Origin: an uncultured archaeon | GTDB taxonomy: Archaea > Thermoplasmatota > Thermoplasmata > Thermoplasmatales > Thermoplasmataceae | DNA: 64,000 nt | NCBI GenBank assembly: GCA_000965745.1 | Contig: CP009479.1 | Span: 380,457-444,456, forward strand | Direction of reading: 5' to 3' | Shown here: piece after piece, positions 43,548 to 54,900 of the stretch | How positions within the stretch are numbered: the first letter of the stretch is position 1 | Layout: every line of letters starts with the position of its first letter | Notes under the pieces: generated by a model | Told to the model about the DNA's origin: nothing | Databases searched by the model: none | The model's input: the letters and a program-made list of their open reading frames with translations, nothing else | Translations under genes and position numbers: made by a program

Positions 43548-44804
43548 ATGCAAGATATGCTGATTGAGAACGCTTCACAGATTCTAACTATGGAGGGGGC
43601 CGGATGGGAGCCCCTGAGAGGGGAGAGGCAGAACAAGCTCAGAATCAAGGAGGGGCAGTCCATCCTGATACGCGGAAACAGGATTATAGAGCTGCTGACA
43701 GCCACAAAGAAGGAGAAGTACCTTAGAAACAATGAGCCAAAGACAATCGACGCCAGGGGAAATGTGGTAATGCCCGGAATAATTGATTCCCACACACATC
43801 TTGTTTACGGGGGAACAAGAGAAGACGAGTTCTTCATGAAGATAAAGGGGAAGAGCTACCTTGAGATTCTCAACTCTGGAAACGGCATCTATGCAACGGT
43901 AAATTCAACCAGGAAGATGAGTGAGGACCAGATATTTTCCGAATCTCTTAAGAGAATCTATGACAGCATATTCTACGGCACCACCACGGTTGAGATAAAA
44001 ACCGGTTATGGCCTTAATCTTGCCACGGAGCTGAAGATGCTTTCGGTGATCGAGAGGATCTCGTCTCTCGGGATAATCAATGTTGTACCCACATTCCTTG
44101 GAATGCATGCAATTCCGAAGGGAGAGACAGAAGGAAAGTACACGTCCGAGGTGCTTGACAAGATTGCGCCTAAATTTGCCGGGAAAGTGAAGTTTGTGGA
44201 CGTTTTCTGTGACAAGGGAGCTTTTACTCCGGAGTCTACCAGGGAAATGGCCCTCTGGGGAGTCAGGAACAACATCAGGCTGAAGCTTCATGCGGATGAG
44301 CTTGAAGATGTCGGGTGCCTTGACCTCTGTGACGAATTCGAGTTCGCTTCAGTGGACCATCTCCTGAAAACCAACAGGCGCGGGATCGAAAAGATCAGCA
44401 AGTCAGGCTCGGTTGCAACATTTCTTCCCATCACAGCACACTCCATAGGGAACGACAAATATCCGGACATAAAGAAATTCATAGACAGCGGCATACCGGT
44501 TGCAATAGGTTCCGACGCATCACCGGTCTCCTACAATTCAAACGTTTTCTTTGCCCTGTACCTTGCAGTGAGGTTCTGCCACATAACACTTGAGGAGGCG
44601 CTCAATGCAGTGACGATCAATGCGGCATTTGCAGCGGGCGTCGAGGATGACAGGGGGTCTATCGAGCCGGGGAAGATGGCTGACATATTGATCCTCAATG
44701 TTGACAACTACAGGAAGATTCCGTATGAGTTCGGCGCAAGGCTTGTAGATACAGTAATAACCAATGGAGAAATCGTGATGCGAAACGGAGTCTTCCAGCT
44801 CTGA
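43548..44804 (+). CDS. hutI: Imidazolonepropionase
   Basis: GIIDSHTHLVYGGTREDEF...GKSYLEI..., RLKLHADE, GSDASP amidohydrolase motifs in HutI order. Confidence 0.8.
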   Translation: MQDMLIENASQILTMEGAGWEPLRGERQNKLRIKEGQSILIRGNRIIELLTATKKEKYLRNNEPKTIDARGNVVMPGIIDSHTHLVYGGTREDEFFMKIKGKSYLEILNSGNGIYATVNSTRKMSEDQIFSESLKRIYDSIFYGTTTVEIKTGYGLNLATELKMLSVIERISSLGIINVVPTFLGMHAIPKGETEGKYTSEVLDKIAPKFAGKVKFVDVFCDKGAFTPESTREMALWGVRNNIRLKLHADELEDVGCLDLCDEFEFASVDHLLKTNRRGIEKISKSGSVATFLPITAHSIGNDKYPDIKKFIDSGIPVAIGSDASPVSYNSNVFFALYLAVRFCHITLEEALNAVTINAAFAAGVEDDRGSIEPGKMADILILNVDNYRKIPYEFGARLVDTVITNGEIVMRNGVFQL

Positions 44805-44814
44805 AACGGATACC

Positions 44815-45816
44815 ATGATAAACGTAGCTGCAACTGTCGGGAAACTCAGGAAGATGAATGCAAAGAAGATACTTCTCCAGGTACCGGATGGTCTGAAGCC
44901 CAATGTTTTTGACTATTTTTCGCGTCTTTCCTCCGAGTTCAATGTCATCGTGAGCTCGGAAGGATTCTACGGGGCATGCGACACAGGCAACATGGAGGTC
45001 TACAAGGATGTTGACTGCATAGTACAGCTCGGCCACTCTGAAATTCCAAACATAAACTACCCAAAGCCCGTAATCTTTGAGGAATACAGGAATGAGAAAA
45101 CGGTGGAAATTGATCCCTCTGTGCTCGAGCCTCTTGTATCTGGCGGTTCAAGAAGAGTAGGGCTTGTAGCGTCCATACAGTACATGAATGAAATGCAGGA
45201 TGTCAGGAGGCTGCTTGAAGACCAGGGAATAGAGGTCAGGGTGGGTGAAAGCGACGGGCGAATGAGATACGCGGGACAGGTTCTTGGCTGCAATTTCAGT
45301 TCAGCCCACTCAGTTGAGGCGGATGTTGATTCGTTCCTGGTCGTCAGCACGGGAATGTTCCACGCCATAGGCGTTCAGCTTTCAACATCGAAGGATGTTT
45401 TCCTGCTGGATCTCAATGACAGGACCATGAGGAACATAAAGGGTGAAACAGACAAGTTTCTGAGGAAAAGGTACGGAGCGCTCTACAGGGCAAGAGATGC
45501 AAGGAAATTCTGTGTGGTAGTCGACACAAAAGTCGGCCAGCACAGGAGGAAGCTGGCAGATGTTCTCATGAATGATGTCAGGAAGGTCGGAGGGGAACCT
45601 GTCCTTCTGACAACGAATGAGGTGAACCCCATGGACTATGAGAACATGCGCTGCGATGCAGTTATTTTCACGGGTTGCCCCAGAGTCCCGATTGACGATC
45701 ATGAGAAGTTCACAATGCCGGTCATGACTCCTCCTGAATTCCAGACAATTTTCGGCCTTAAGAACCCCGGCAGGTACATAATGGACGAGATTGTGGCAGT
45801 TGACGACCTCAACTGA
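44815..45816 (+). CDS. dph2: Diphthamide synthesis radical-SAM enzyme Dph2
   Basis: ILLQVPDGLK N-terminus. Three domain-wise conserved Cys contexts (YGACDT, LGCNFS, FTGCPRV). Confidence 0.8.
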   Translation: MINVAATVGKLRKMNAKKILLQVPDGLKPNVFDYFSRLSSEFNVIVSSEGFYGACDTGNMEVYKDVDCIVQLGHSEIPNINYPKPVIFEEYRNEKTVEIDPSVLEPLVSGGSRRVGLVASIQYMNEMQDVRRLLEDQGIEVRVGESDGRMRYAGQVLGCNFSSAHSVEADVDSFLVVSTGMFHAIGVQLSTSKDVFLLDLNDRTMRNIKGETDKFLRKRYGALYRARDARKFCVVVDTKVGQHRRKLADVLMNDVRKVGGEPVLLTTNEVNPMDYENMRCDAVIFTGCPRVPIDDHEKFTMPVMTPPEFQTIFGLKNPGRYIMDEIVAVDDLN

Positions 45817-45818
45817 TC

Positions 45819-47051
45819 CTATATCTTCTTTCCAACCAGGTAAATCCTGTCTGAATCGACTATTTCACACTCGACTTTTGAATAAACTGGAAAATCACCC
45901 GGAATAACTACGGGCCTGTAAGCAAGGTCCCTTCCAACAACTGTTCCATTCTTGCCTTTCTCGTTTACCAGCACCGTTTTGACCTTTCCTGTTTCTTTTG
46001 AAAATTTGTCCCTCGTAATCTCCTCGTGAATCCTGGCGTATTCCTTTGTCCATCTCTTTGTGTCGTTTGAAGGTGGAGTCTTCACGTTGTAGTCCGGCGT
46101 GTACGGCCTTGGGGAAAATCTTGTTATGTTGATTATTTCAGGGCGCGTTTTCTCAATAAGGCTCACAGTTTTTTCGAAGGATTCCTCATCGTCGCCGTGA
46201 TAGCCTGCAATAATGTCCGTTGAAAGCATGGAATCGGGGTACGCATTCCTGAATGCAGAAACTATCTCCTCAAAATCCTCTCTTGAGTACTCCCTGTTCA
46301 TTGACTCCAGTACCCTGTTGTCTCCGCTCTGCACAGGCAAGTGCATGAACTTGAACACCTTCCCGCTGCTGTATGACTCCATAAGCCTGTCCTTTACCGA
46401 GAGTGTGTTCCTGGGTTCCATCATGCCAACTCTAAGCATGAAGTCTCCTTCCGACGAGGATATGGCTTCCACAAGGTCGGGGAGCGATGTGCCAATATCT
46501 TTACCGTATGCCGCTGTGTCCAGTGAGGATATCCTCACTTCCCTGATCCCCCTCTCAAGCTGCATCCTGATCTGGCTTACAATCTTCCCAATGGGGCGCG
46601 ATACCAGTTTCCCCCTGGCCACATGCGATATGCAGTAGTTGCAGCTTCCGGTGCATCCCTGATTTATGGGGATCCCGTCAAATATTGACGGTTCCTTAAT
46701 CTCTATGTCATCCAGCTGACCGGTGTAGAAGCTTCTGAAATCCTTTGGGGCGAGAACTTCAATGTTTTCGTCTTCAAGGACTTTGCCGGTCACAGACGAG
46801 ATGCAGCCTATCACCCTGACCCTGGATTCCCGGGAGAGCTCCCCTATTCTTTTCGTCATGCGGTCTTCTGTTGACTTGATGACCACGCAGGTACCTATGA
46901 CACTGATGTCAGCCTCTTCCGGTCTCCTGACAAGTGTATTGCCTTCGCTCAGAAGTTTGTTAACGTAAAGCCCTGATTCGGACTTGTTAAGAGTGCATCC
47001 ATAAGATTCAAAGTATACTTTCAACAGACCACCGATTGGTTGCCTCCACAT
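45819..47051 (-). CDS. MiaB-like radical SAM methylthiotransferase (archaeal tRNA MTTase)
   Basis: UPF0004 domain YFESYGCTLNKSES, radical SAM cluster CTGSCNYC, and a C-terminal TRAM-like region. Confidence 0.8.
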   Translation of the reverse strand: MWRQPIGGLLKVYFESYGCTLNKSESGLYVNKLLSEGNTLVRRPEEADISVIGTCVVIKSTEDRMTKRIGELSRESRVRVIGCISSVTGKVLEDENIEVLAPKDFRSFYTGQLDDIEIKEPSIFDGIPINQGCTGSCNYCISHVARGKLVSRPIGKIVSQIRMQLERGIREVRISSLDTAAYGKDIGTSLPDLVEAISSSEGDFMLRVGMMEPRNTLSVKDRLMESYSSGKVFKFMHLPVQSGDNRVLESMNREYSREDFEEIVSAFRNAYPDSMLSTDIIAGYHGDDEESFEKTVSLIEKTRPEIINITRFSPRPYTPDYNVKTPPSNDTKRWTKEYARIHEEITRDKFSKETGKVKTVLVNEKGKNGTVVGRDLAYRPVVIPGDFPVYSKVECEIVDSDRIYLVGKKI

Positions 47052-47124
47052 TCAGGTATGATATTTTTCATTTTTGTTATTGATGCCCTCGATTTCTGAC
47101 AAATTGTTGCGTTTTATGTAAATC

Positions 47125-47712
47125 GTGCTGTTGAGGGTCGTTGCTCAAATATTAAATATCGAACAAAAATTGCATAATATGGAAGAGAAAGAGGTGGGTG
47201 AACAATTCCTCGAAGGATACAGTTGTGATGTTGCAATAAGATGGTCAAGGCTTGACTCATCACTTCTTCCTGTGGACGAGCTGGACAAGAAGATCATCTG
47301 CTTTCTTAGATACAACGCAAGGATGACAAATGCAGAAATCGCAAAGCTCCTGAAGACTAGCGAGGCTACTGTCAGGAGGAGAATTTCTGAACTGATAAAG
47401 AAGAAGATAATCATAGGCTTCTCTGCGCTCGTTGATCTTCAGGCTGTGGAGAACAGCATCAAAGTTTACATGAAAATAGATGTCGAGCCCACTGAAATTG
47501 AGAATGTGGCGGGCGTTCTCGATGACAACATGAATATTCTCAGCCTTTACCGGAGAGGCGGAGAAAGCCAGATTCTCGGAGAGGCACTCTTCCTGAATAT
47601 GGAATCCCTGCAGGACTTCGAGGACAGCACGCCTAAAATACCGGGAGTGATACGTGTTGAAACAATGATTGTTTCGAAGGCCTACAGGAAAAATCCCTGG
47701 GTGGGGATATAG
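47125..47712 (+). CDS. Lrp/AsnC-family transcriptional regulator
   Basis: HTH segment RMTNAEIAKLLKTSEATVRRRISEL plus a RAM-like C-terminal domain. ATG 47179 is a likely alternative start. Confidence 0.75.
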   Translation: MLLRVVAQILNIEQKLHNMEEKEVGEQFLEGYSCDVAIRWSRLDSSLLPVDELDKKIICFLRYNARMTNAEIAKLLKTSEATVRRRISELIKKKIIIGFSALVDLQAVENSIKVYMKIDVEPTEIENVAGVLDDNMNILSLYRRGGESQILGEALFLNMESLQDFEDSTPKIPGVIRVETMIVSKAYRKNPWVGI

Positions 47713-47732
47713 AAATGGTTTTTGGTTTGGGA

Positions 47733-49100
47733 TTACTTGTTTCCACTCATGACCTTGATGAAATCCTCCTCGGAAATCTTCCCGGTCGCCAGGGCGAGGT
47801 CTTTCAGGGACTTCCCAGTGTGGAGCGCTTCCTGGACTATTTTTGCAACTGTATCGTATCCAAGGTAAGGGTTGAGTAAAACTGCCGATCCAAAGCTCCT
47901 TGAGAGCATCTCAGTCATTCTTTTTGTGTCCGCTTCAAGGCCGTCAACCAGTTTTGTCCGGAACATCTCCAGGCCGTTTGCGAGAATGTCCAGCGATCTG
48001 TTAAGCTCATAATCAATGTGCGGCATCATCACGTTGAGCTCAAACTGGCCAGCCTGTGCCGAGAAATTAAGCGCCTGCTGAGATCCAAGGACTGAATGGC
48101 ATATCATGTTCATAGCCTCTGCGATTGAGGGGTTGATCTTCCCCGGCATTATTGATGACCCCTGCTGAACAGCGGGTATGATAATCTCATGAAGGCCGGC
48201 ACCAGGACCTGAATACATGAGCCTTACATCGTTGCTGATCTTGTTCACATCTATCGCTATGTTTGCAGCAGCGTTCATCATTCTGGAGAAATCACTCATG
48301 AACTCCATTATTCCCGGGAGGTTCTCAGAAGCAATCATTTCCTCGCCCGTAAGCCTGCTCAGTTCCTTCACGACGTTCTCCTGGTATCCTGGAGCGGTAT
48401 TCACGCCGGTCCCAGTTGCAGTCCCGCCTATGTTGAGCTCCCTCATATAGTCAAAGGACTGTTTCAATTCCATTAGGTCTTTCCTGAGAGTGTATGCCCA
48501 GGCGGAAAGCTCGATTCCAAGTGTAAGGGGTGGCCCATCCTGAAGATGTGTCCTTCCCGGCTTCTTGACGTTCTTGAACTGGTCCGCCTTCTTCTCGAGC
48601 GATTTGACAATCTTGTCGAGCTGCTCCATTAGCCTTCTTGCCTTGATTAGTGCAGTCAGCCTTATCATGGTTGGGAAAGTATCGTTCGTGGACTGGCTCA
48701 TGTTAACCTGATCGTTTGGATGAAGGAATGAGTAATCTCCCTTCTTCTTGCCGGCGAGCTCCAGTGCTATGTTGGCGATTACCTCGTTCGCATTCATGTG
48801 AAAAGATGTTCCCGCACCTGCCTGGAAGACGTCAATAACAAACTGGTCATGGTATTCGCCATCTATGATTTTCTGGCAGGCCTCCACAATCAAATCCTTC
48901 TTGTCGTCGGGAAGCTTTCCCCCCTTGTTGTTTGCAACAGCGGCCGCCAGCTTGATTCTTGCGTATGAGACAATGTGGTCTGAATCTGCAGTCAGGCCCG
49001 TTATTCTGAAATTGTTCCTGGCCCTGTACGTATTAACGCCGTAATAACAATCGTCCTCAATTGTCACTTCACCAAGCACATCCTTTTCAGTTCTGCTCAT
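47733..49100 (-). CDS. Class II fumarase/aspartase-family lyase (aspartate ammonia-lyase or fumarate hydratase)
   Basis: GSSIMPGKINP signature, QSTNDTFPT, and N-terminal EKDVLGEVTIEDDCYYGVNTYRARNNF. Confidence 0.85.
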   Translation of the reverse strand: MSRTEKDVLGEVTIEDDCYYGVNTYRARNNFRITGLTADSDHIVSYARIKLAAAVANNKGGKLPDDKKDLIVEACQKIIDGEYHDQFVIDVFQAGAGTSFHMNANEVIANIALELAGKKKGDYSFLHPNDQVNMSQSTNDTFPTMIRLTALIKARRLMEQLDKIVKSLEKKADQFKNVKKPGRTHLQDGPPLTLGIELSAWAYTLRKDLMELKQSFDYMRELNIGGTATGTGVNTAPGYQENVVKELSRLTGEEMIASENLPGIMEFMSDFSRMMNAAANIAIDVNKISNDVRLMYSGPGAGLHEIIIPAVQQGSSIMPGKINPSIAEAMNMICHSVLGSQQALNFSAQAGQFELNVMMPHIDYELNRSLDILANGLEMFRTKLVDGLEADTKRMTEMLSRSFGSAVLLNPYLGYDTVAKIVQEALHTGKSLKDLALATGKISEEDFIKVMSGNK

Positions 49101-49256
49101 GATAAGATAATAGCTGCGGGATATAAATCGGTTGTCAAAAGATCAGATGGTGGTTAATATAAACAGACATCATCGCAATTCTCCCTCTGTAACTCGTGCT
49201 TTAGCTACTCCGCAAACATATTAATATCTTAGTCTGATATAGTTGCGGGTACGATC

Positions 49257-50993
49257 ATGGCTAGAGAAGAAGCGATTTTTAGAATTGGAGGAGCCGCTGG
49301 TGACGGTGTCCAGTCTGCCGGGCAGATCATGGGCAAAACACTCTCAAGAAGTGGCCTCCATGTTGTGACTTATCTTTATTATCAGGATATAATAAGAGGC
49401 GGTCAGAGCTGGTACCAGATTAGAGGCTCTGCCAACGAGATTAAATCCCAGGGCGACGGGCTTGATATCCTTATTGCCCTGAACAAGGATGCCTTGACGA
49501 GGCATACCAATCCTAAGATTAATGAAGGTGGAGCTTCACCATTGCAGGGAGTTGCAATTTTTGACAAGGGAATTTCGGGCTATGAGGCAGTGGATGGTGT
49601 AACATACTGTGCCATGCCTCTTGCCGAGATTGCTGCAAAGTACGGTTCAAACAAACTCATGAAGAATACTGTTGCCCTTGGGGCTGCGGCTGCTGCCAGC
49701 GGGCTTTCCTTTGATGTTATGTCCGATGTCATAGCAGACACCTTCGAGGGGAAAGGGGACGTAATAAAGCAGAACCAGGATGCAGCAAAGGAAGGGTACG
49801 ACTATTTCAGCCAGCATTTCAAGAAGCTCGAGATCACTCTCAAGACGAGCAACAGGAAAAGAATGCTCATGGGTGGTGGAGACGCAGTAGGCCTGGGGGC
49901 GGTAATGGGCGGGTTGAAATTCTACGCCGGATACCCGATGACTCCAGCCTCATCTGCACTTCATTTCCTGGCATCACACGCCAGTAAATACGGAGTTTTT
50001 GTAAAACTGCCGGAAGATGAGATAGCTGCTATAAACATGGCAATAGGCGGGAACTATGCCGGCCTGAGGTCAATGACCGGGTCCTCCGGCGGAGGTTTCT
50101 CACTTATGGTTGAGGCACTGGGAATGGCAGGCATGATGGAGGTTCCACTCGTGATTTACGAATCACAGAGGTCGGGGCCTTCGACTGGATTGCCCACCAA
50201 GACGGAGCAGGGGGATCTTAATCTGGTTCTTGGAGCCTCGCAGGGAGATTTCCCAAGAATCGTCCTTTCGCCGCGGAATGTGGAGGAAATGTTCTACATG
50301 ACTGCAGAGGCACTCAATCTGGCGGAAAAATACCAGACCCCTGTCATACTCATGTCAGATCTTTACCTTTCGGAGAATTATGCAACAGTGAATGACCTTG
50401 ACCTCAAATTCAAGATTGACCACGGAGAGAGGGCAAAGGACAACACCGAGGATTTCAAGAGATATCTTGACACGCCTACCGGAATATCCCCCAGGGCGAT
50501 TCCTGGCCAGGCTGGCCTTGTGCACAACGAGGATTCGGATGAGCACAACGAGTATGGTGATGTTGTAAGCGATGCTGTCACAGACCCGAGAGACAGGATC
50601 AGGGCAATGAACAAGAGAATGAGGAAGATGGAGACCTACATCAAGAGCATGACTCCGACTCCGACATACAAACTTGATGGCGCAGAATATGCGATAGTTC
50701 AATGGGGATCTACACAGGGCGTTGTGGAAGAGGTCGTAGACGCACTCAAGGAGAAGGGGCACAAGGTTGGTGCAATAGAAATCAACAGGCCGTTTCCCAT
50801 GAATCCTGACATTGGAAAACTCCTTGAAGGAAGGAAGAAGGTCATAGTTGTTGAGGGAAATTACACAGGGCAGTTCAACAGGCTGCTCAAGTCAGAGTTT
50901 CTCGTTAAGACGGAACTCATCACCAAGTACGATGGGGAGAACTTCTACCCCAGCGCCCTTGCGGGTGAGATAGAGTCGGTAATTAAGAGGTGA
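49257..50993 (+). CDS. korA: 2-oxoacid:ferredoxin oxidoreductase alpha subunit (fused gamma-alpha type)
   Basis: N-terminal gamma-like FRIGGAAGDGVQSAG, then an alpha domain with GYPMTPAS. Its stop overlaps the beta subunit start region. Confidence 0.85.
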   Translation: MAREEAIFRIGGAAGDGVQSAGQIMGKTLSRSGLHVVTYLYYQDIIRGGQSWYQIRGSANEIKSQGDGLDILIALNKDALTRHTNPKINEGGASPLQGVAIFDKGISGYEAVDGVTYCAMPLAEIAAKYGSNKLMKNTVALGAAAAASGLSFDVMSDVIADTFEGKGDVIKQNQDAAKEGYDYFSQHFKKLEITLKTSNRKRMLMGGGDAVGLGAVMGGLKFYAGYPMTPASSALHFLASHASKYGVFVKLPEDEIAAINMAIGGNYAGLRSMTGSSGGGFSLMVEALGMAGMMEVPLVIYESQRSGPSTGLPTKTEQGDLNLVLGASQGDFPRIVLSPRNVEEMFYMTAEALNLAEKYQTPVILMSDLYLSENYATVNDLDLKFKIDHGERAKDNTEDFKRYLDTPTGISPRAIPGQAGLVHNEDSDEHNEYGDVVSDAVTDPRDRIRAMNKRMRKMETYIKSMTPTPTYKLDGAEYAIVQWGSTQGVVEEVVDALKEKGHKVGAIEINRPFPMNPDIGKLLEGRKKVIVVEGNYTGQFNRLLKSEFLVKTELITKYDGENFYPSALAGEIESVIKR

Positions 50994-50998
50994 ATAAA

Positions 50999-51847
50999 AT
51001 GGTAGAATTGAAGGATTACAAAGGTCATGTTGCACCGGACTGGTGCCCCGCGTGTGGAAATTTCGCACAACTTACCGCAATGGAAAAATCATTGACAGAG
51101 CTCGGCATAGAGCCGAAGGATGTTGTTGTAGTATCCGGAATCGGGTGTTCCAGCAATCTCCCGGAGTTCATTCATGCCTATGGTTTCCACGGAATCCATG
51201 GAAGGCTGCTTCCGGTTGCATCTGCAATAAAATGGGGAAACCCGAAGCTTACAGTCATTGGCTATGGGGGGGATGGAGATGGTTTCAACGAGGGAACACA
51301 GCATCTTTACCACGCCGCAAGAAGAAACGTCGACATGACATACATTGTTTCAGACAACCAGATTTTCGGCCTCACCACAGGCCAGGCATCCCCTACTTCA
51401 CCGACTGGGCTGAAGACAAAAACAACACCAGACGGCAGCGTGGAAAAGCCCGTGAACCCGATGACATATGCGCTTTCAGCAGGAGCAACGTTTGTTGCCA
51501 GAGCGTTTTCCGGAGACCCGAAACACCTCCAGGAAGTAATCACGGAAGGAATCAAGCACAAGGGATTCTCGTTCATTGACGTTTTCAGCCCGTGTGTTAC
51601 ATTCAACAAGCTGAACACCTACGACTATTTCAGGAAGAGAGTGTACAAACTGACTGACAACGACAGGAAAGATTTCCAGCAGGCCTACAAGTTTGCAGAA
51701 GAATGGAACGAGAAAATACCAATTGGAATTCTCTACCAGGTCGATGAGGAGAGGTATGACCAGGTTGATCCGGTTGTCTCACAGGGGCCGTTGATAGATC
51801 GCGAGCCGTACAGGCTCACTCAGGAAGACCTAAAAGAATTCCTCTAA
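50999..51847 (+). CDS. korB: 2-oxoacid:ferredoxin oxidoreductase beta subunit (TPP-binding)
   Basis: WCPACGNF, GIGCSS, GYGGDGDG..., SDNQIFGLTTGQ motifs. GTG 50990 is an alternative start. Confidence 0.85.
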   Translation: MVELKDYKGHVAPDWCPACGNFAQLTAMEKSLTELGIEPKDVVVVSGIGCSSNLPEFIHAYGFHGIHGRLLPVASAIKWGNPKLTVIGYGGDGDGFNEGTQHLYHAARRNVDMTYIVSDNQIFGLTTGQASPTSPTGLKTKTTPDGSVEKPVNPMTYALSAGATFVARAFSGDPKHLQEVITEGIKHKGFSFIDVFSPCVTFNKLNTYDYFRKRVYKLTDNDRKDFQQAYKFAEEWNEKIPIGILYQVDEERYDQVDPVVSQGPLIDREPYRLTQEDLKEFL

Positions 51848-51984
51848 TTATATTTTTTATATTATTTAATCTCCCCTTCAGGGGTTTTAGCTGTTTTCCG
51901 CATACATCGAAATATACATCATGACCTAAACATTTAAATACATAGATTCTGATAGACGATAACTTCTACACGGAGGAATAAAAA

Positions 51985-54900
51985 GTGGAGAATAACGAAG
52001 ATAAAGGAAAAGCTCCGGAAGAGCCGAAAGTTACTGCTCCGCCATCACCCCCGAGGAAACCGTCAACCTCGGGAAAATGGATAGCAGTGATCATAGCTCT
52101 TTTGGTAGTGATTGGAGTGCTTGGCGGGCTTCTAGCAACGCACTATGCACCAGCGGCCCCAAGCGGGCCTTCTGCAACACTATCAAGCAAAGTCGGAGCG
52201 ATAAATCAGAATGGTACATACTCTACGAATATCACTGCCACAGGCAGTTTTAAGAACATGACAGTGTACTATGGAGATGGACACAGCCAGCTATTGAACT
52301 ACAGTGGTAGTAACACGGTGAAAGTAGTGCATCATTACGCACAGCCGGGAGAATTTTACATTTTCGCTGACATCAATTACGGATCATCAACTGGATACTT
52401 TTTTGAGCCTGTAAAGGTCAGTCCTAACTATCCGTCAATTAACTATGCGTACAGAGCACTGGCGGTAGATCCAGCTACATCCTCGACACAGCAGATTAAC
52501 AACATATCAAACATATTCTCACCTGGTGGGCATATGAGACTTGACTTCCTGCCTTCAGTTGGAGGAGGAACTTACAGTATCATATCACAGACTCTCACGC
52601 TTTACAACCAGTCAGGCATGGTTTCCCAGGAAAGCATACCTTATGCATACAACATAAACAGCCATGGATATGCGCTTCCAGTGCCTGGAGTAACGTACGC
52701 AGACCTCCAGAGCGGAATGTACACCCTTCAGGTTCAGACCACAACTGCACCAGTAAACACAACACAGTCAGTAACAACAACTGTGACAAACACCCAGAGC
52801 ACGCCTTACGGAATACCGCTTACAGGCAGCCCAGGTATGACATATCCGTTCTCAACAGGATCATCTGTTGCAGCAACTGGATCACAGAACGTTACATACA
52901 GCGTCCCTGTGACTAACCTGGCATACACGATGGGTGACCAGGCAACCTTCGCGGGAGCCGCAAAGCTCAATGTGTCAAACACTGCCAACGTGACTGTTGT
53001 TTCAGGCAGCGGAACATTCGCAAACGCAACCCAGTTCCACCCACTGAACACAAGCAGCAGTACCCAGGCTTACAGTCTAGTCCCAGCAGGATATGTGATA
53101 ACACTCACATCAGGAACCACACTGATGTTCAACAACAATGTAACCGCAATGACCGTTAACACCCAGACGACGATGAACTTTACCGGAAACTACACTCTCG
53201 GCTTCGTGAATGCAGTCGTTGCAACACTCAGTAACAACGCTGCTTCAAGTGTGTCAACAGGAGTTACCTACGAAGCTGGAACTGCATTCTCTAACCTGAA
53301 TAATGCTGCCTTTGCAGTGCCTTCAACTAACGTGAGCTTCTCGAAGAGTGCTGCTGTAACATTTGGTGCTCCAACTGGAGTAACGATGAACACAGCAGCT
53401 AACATTAGCACGAGCGGAACAGTGTACAACAAAACTGGCGTAGCTGTTGCACCAACGCATGGGTATGTGTTGCTTAACGCATCAGAGACATATCTGCTGC
53501 CAACAAGTGCAATAACCTTCAACTCTGCAATGACCGGCCTTATGCTTCTTAACACTTCATCTAGTCTAACATTCGGTGCCGGAAACTATAACTTCACCCT
53601 GATGAACAAGACTATGGTGTCTGTTACAGGTTCAGGTTCAGTAGTGCTTTGGACTCACCTTGCTTATACGCAGATGCTCAAAGGAACCGGAACGGTTGGG
53701 CTTAACAACGGCCAGTATGACCAGTCTAAGACGATTACTTCAACATACTACGAGGACTTCCCGGTTGCCCAGAAAGTAACACAGCAGACTGTCGCAGGCA
53801 CAGCTTTCACGAACGCAGAACCTAATGCACCTGGAGGATACACGACACTCGATCCGTCAATCGCATACTACACTGCAGACTCTGAGATACTCAACAATGC
53901 TCTGCTGCAGCTTGATACCTACAACGGATCTGCAACAGACGCCTTTGTGCCACTCGCAGCTTCATACCTTCCGACTCTGACTAACGGTGGAATCAATACA
54001 AACTCCGCTAACTACACACAGAAAACACCATGGGGAACAACATACGCAGTCAACCTGACACCGGGAATGAACTACACCTTCCACATAAACCACGCCATAA
54101 CCTTCCAGAATGGAGCACCGCTCACTGCTTGGGATGTTATGTATACGTTTACGAGGACACTGCTCTTTGACGCAGCCAGTCCGGGAACTGGTGGATGGGT
54201 TATAGCGCAGTACCTCCTGCCGGGAGACTACTTCGCATCTAACACATTCTACAACATAACACACAACATAACTGTGAACAACCAGACGAACACTATAACG
54301 TTCCACTTCCAGCAGTCAATGCCAGCTTCACTTGTGTTCCAGATATTCGCTTCATCTGGCACATGGATTGAGCCGGCAGCATGGTTCCAGGACCACGGAG
54401 CTGGAATAAAATGGACTCCTAAAGGATTCCAGGACTACAAGGCACAGGGAAATATAGCGGGTTACAACAGTTACGTGCAGAATCATGTGATGGCCGATGG
54501 ACCTTATATGATATCTTATATCGTTCCGGGTTCACAGGTTACCATGGTGAAGAATACAAACTTCGTGCAGCCTAACAATACATACTACAGAAAGCCGACG
54601 ATAGACAGAATCAACCTGCTTTATCTGTCCAGCAACCAGCAGGCGTTCCTGCTTCTGAAGTCTGGACAAGCAACATCAGCAGCTCTGCCTACTACGTACT
54701 TCAATCAGACAACACAGATGATCAACCAGGGACTGCTGCAGAGACACGGATTCCCGACACTGGGTCTGTACTTCTATACGTTCACCATGAACACAAACCT
54801 GCAGATTCTGAAGACAGTCAGCTCACAGGCAAACCTGCCGTCCAACTTCTTCATGAACCCGAATGTTAGGAAAGCGTTCGCATACGCTTACAACTACAGT

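Noticed and set aside
51043-51579. 178-aa alternative-frame ORF within korB
   Set aside because: It is an Arg/Trp/Cys-rich out-of-frame translation of a gene with clear TPP-binding motifs.
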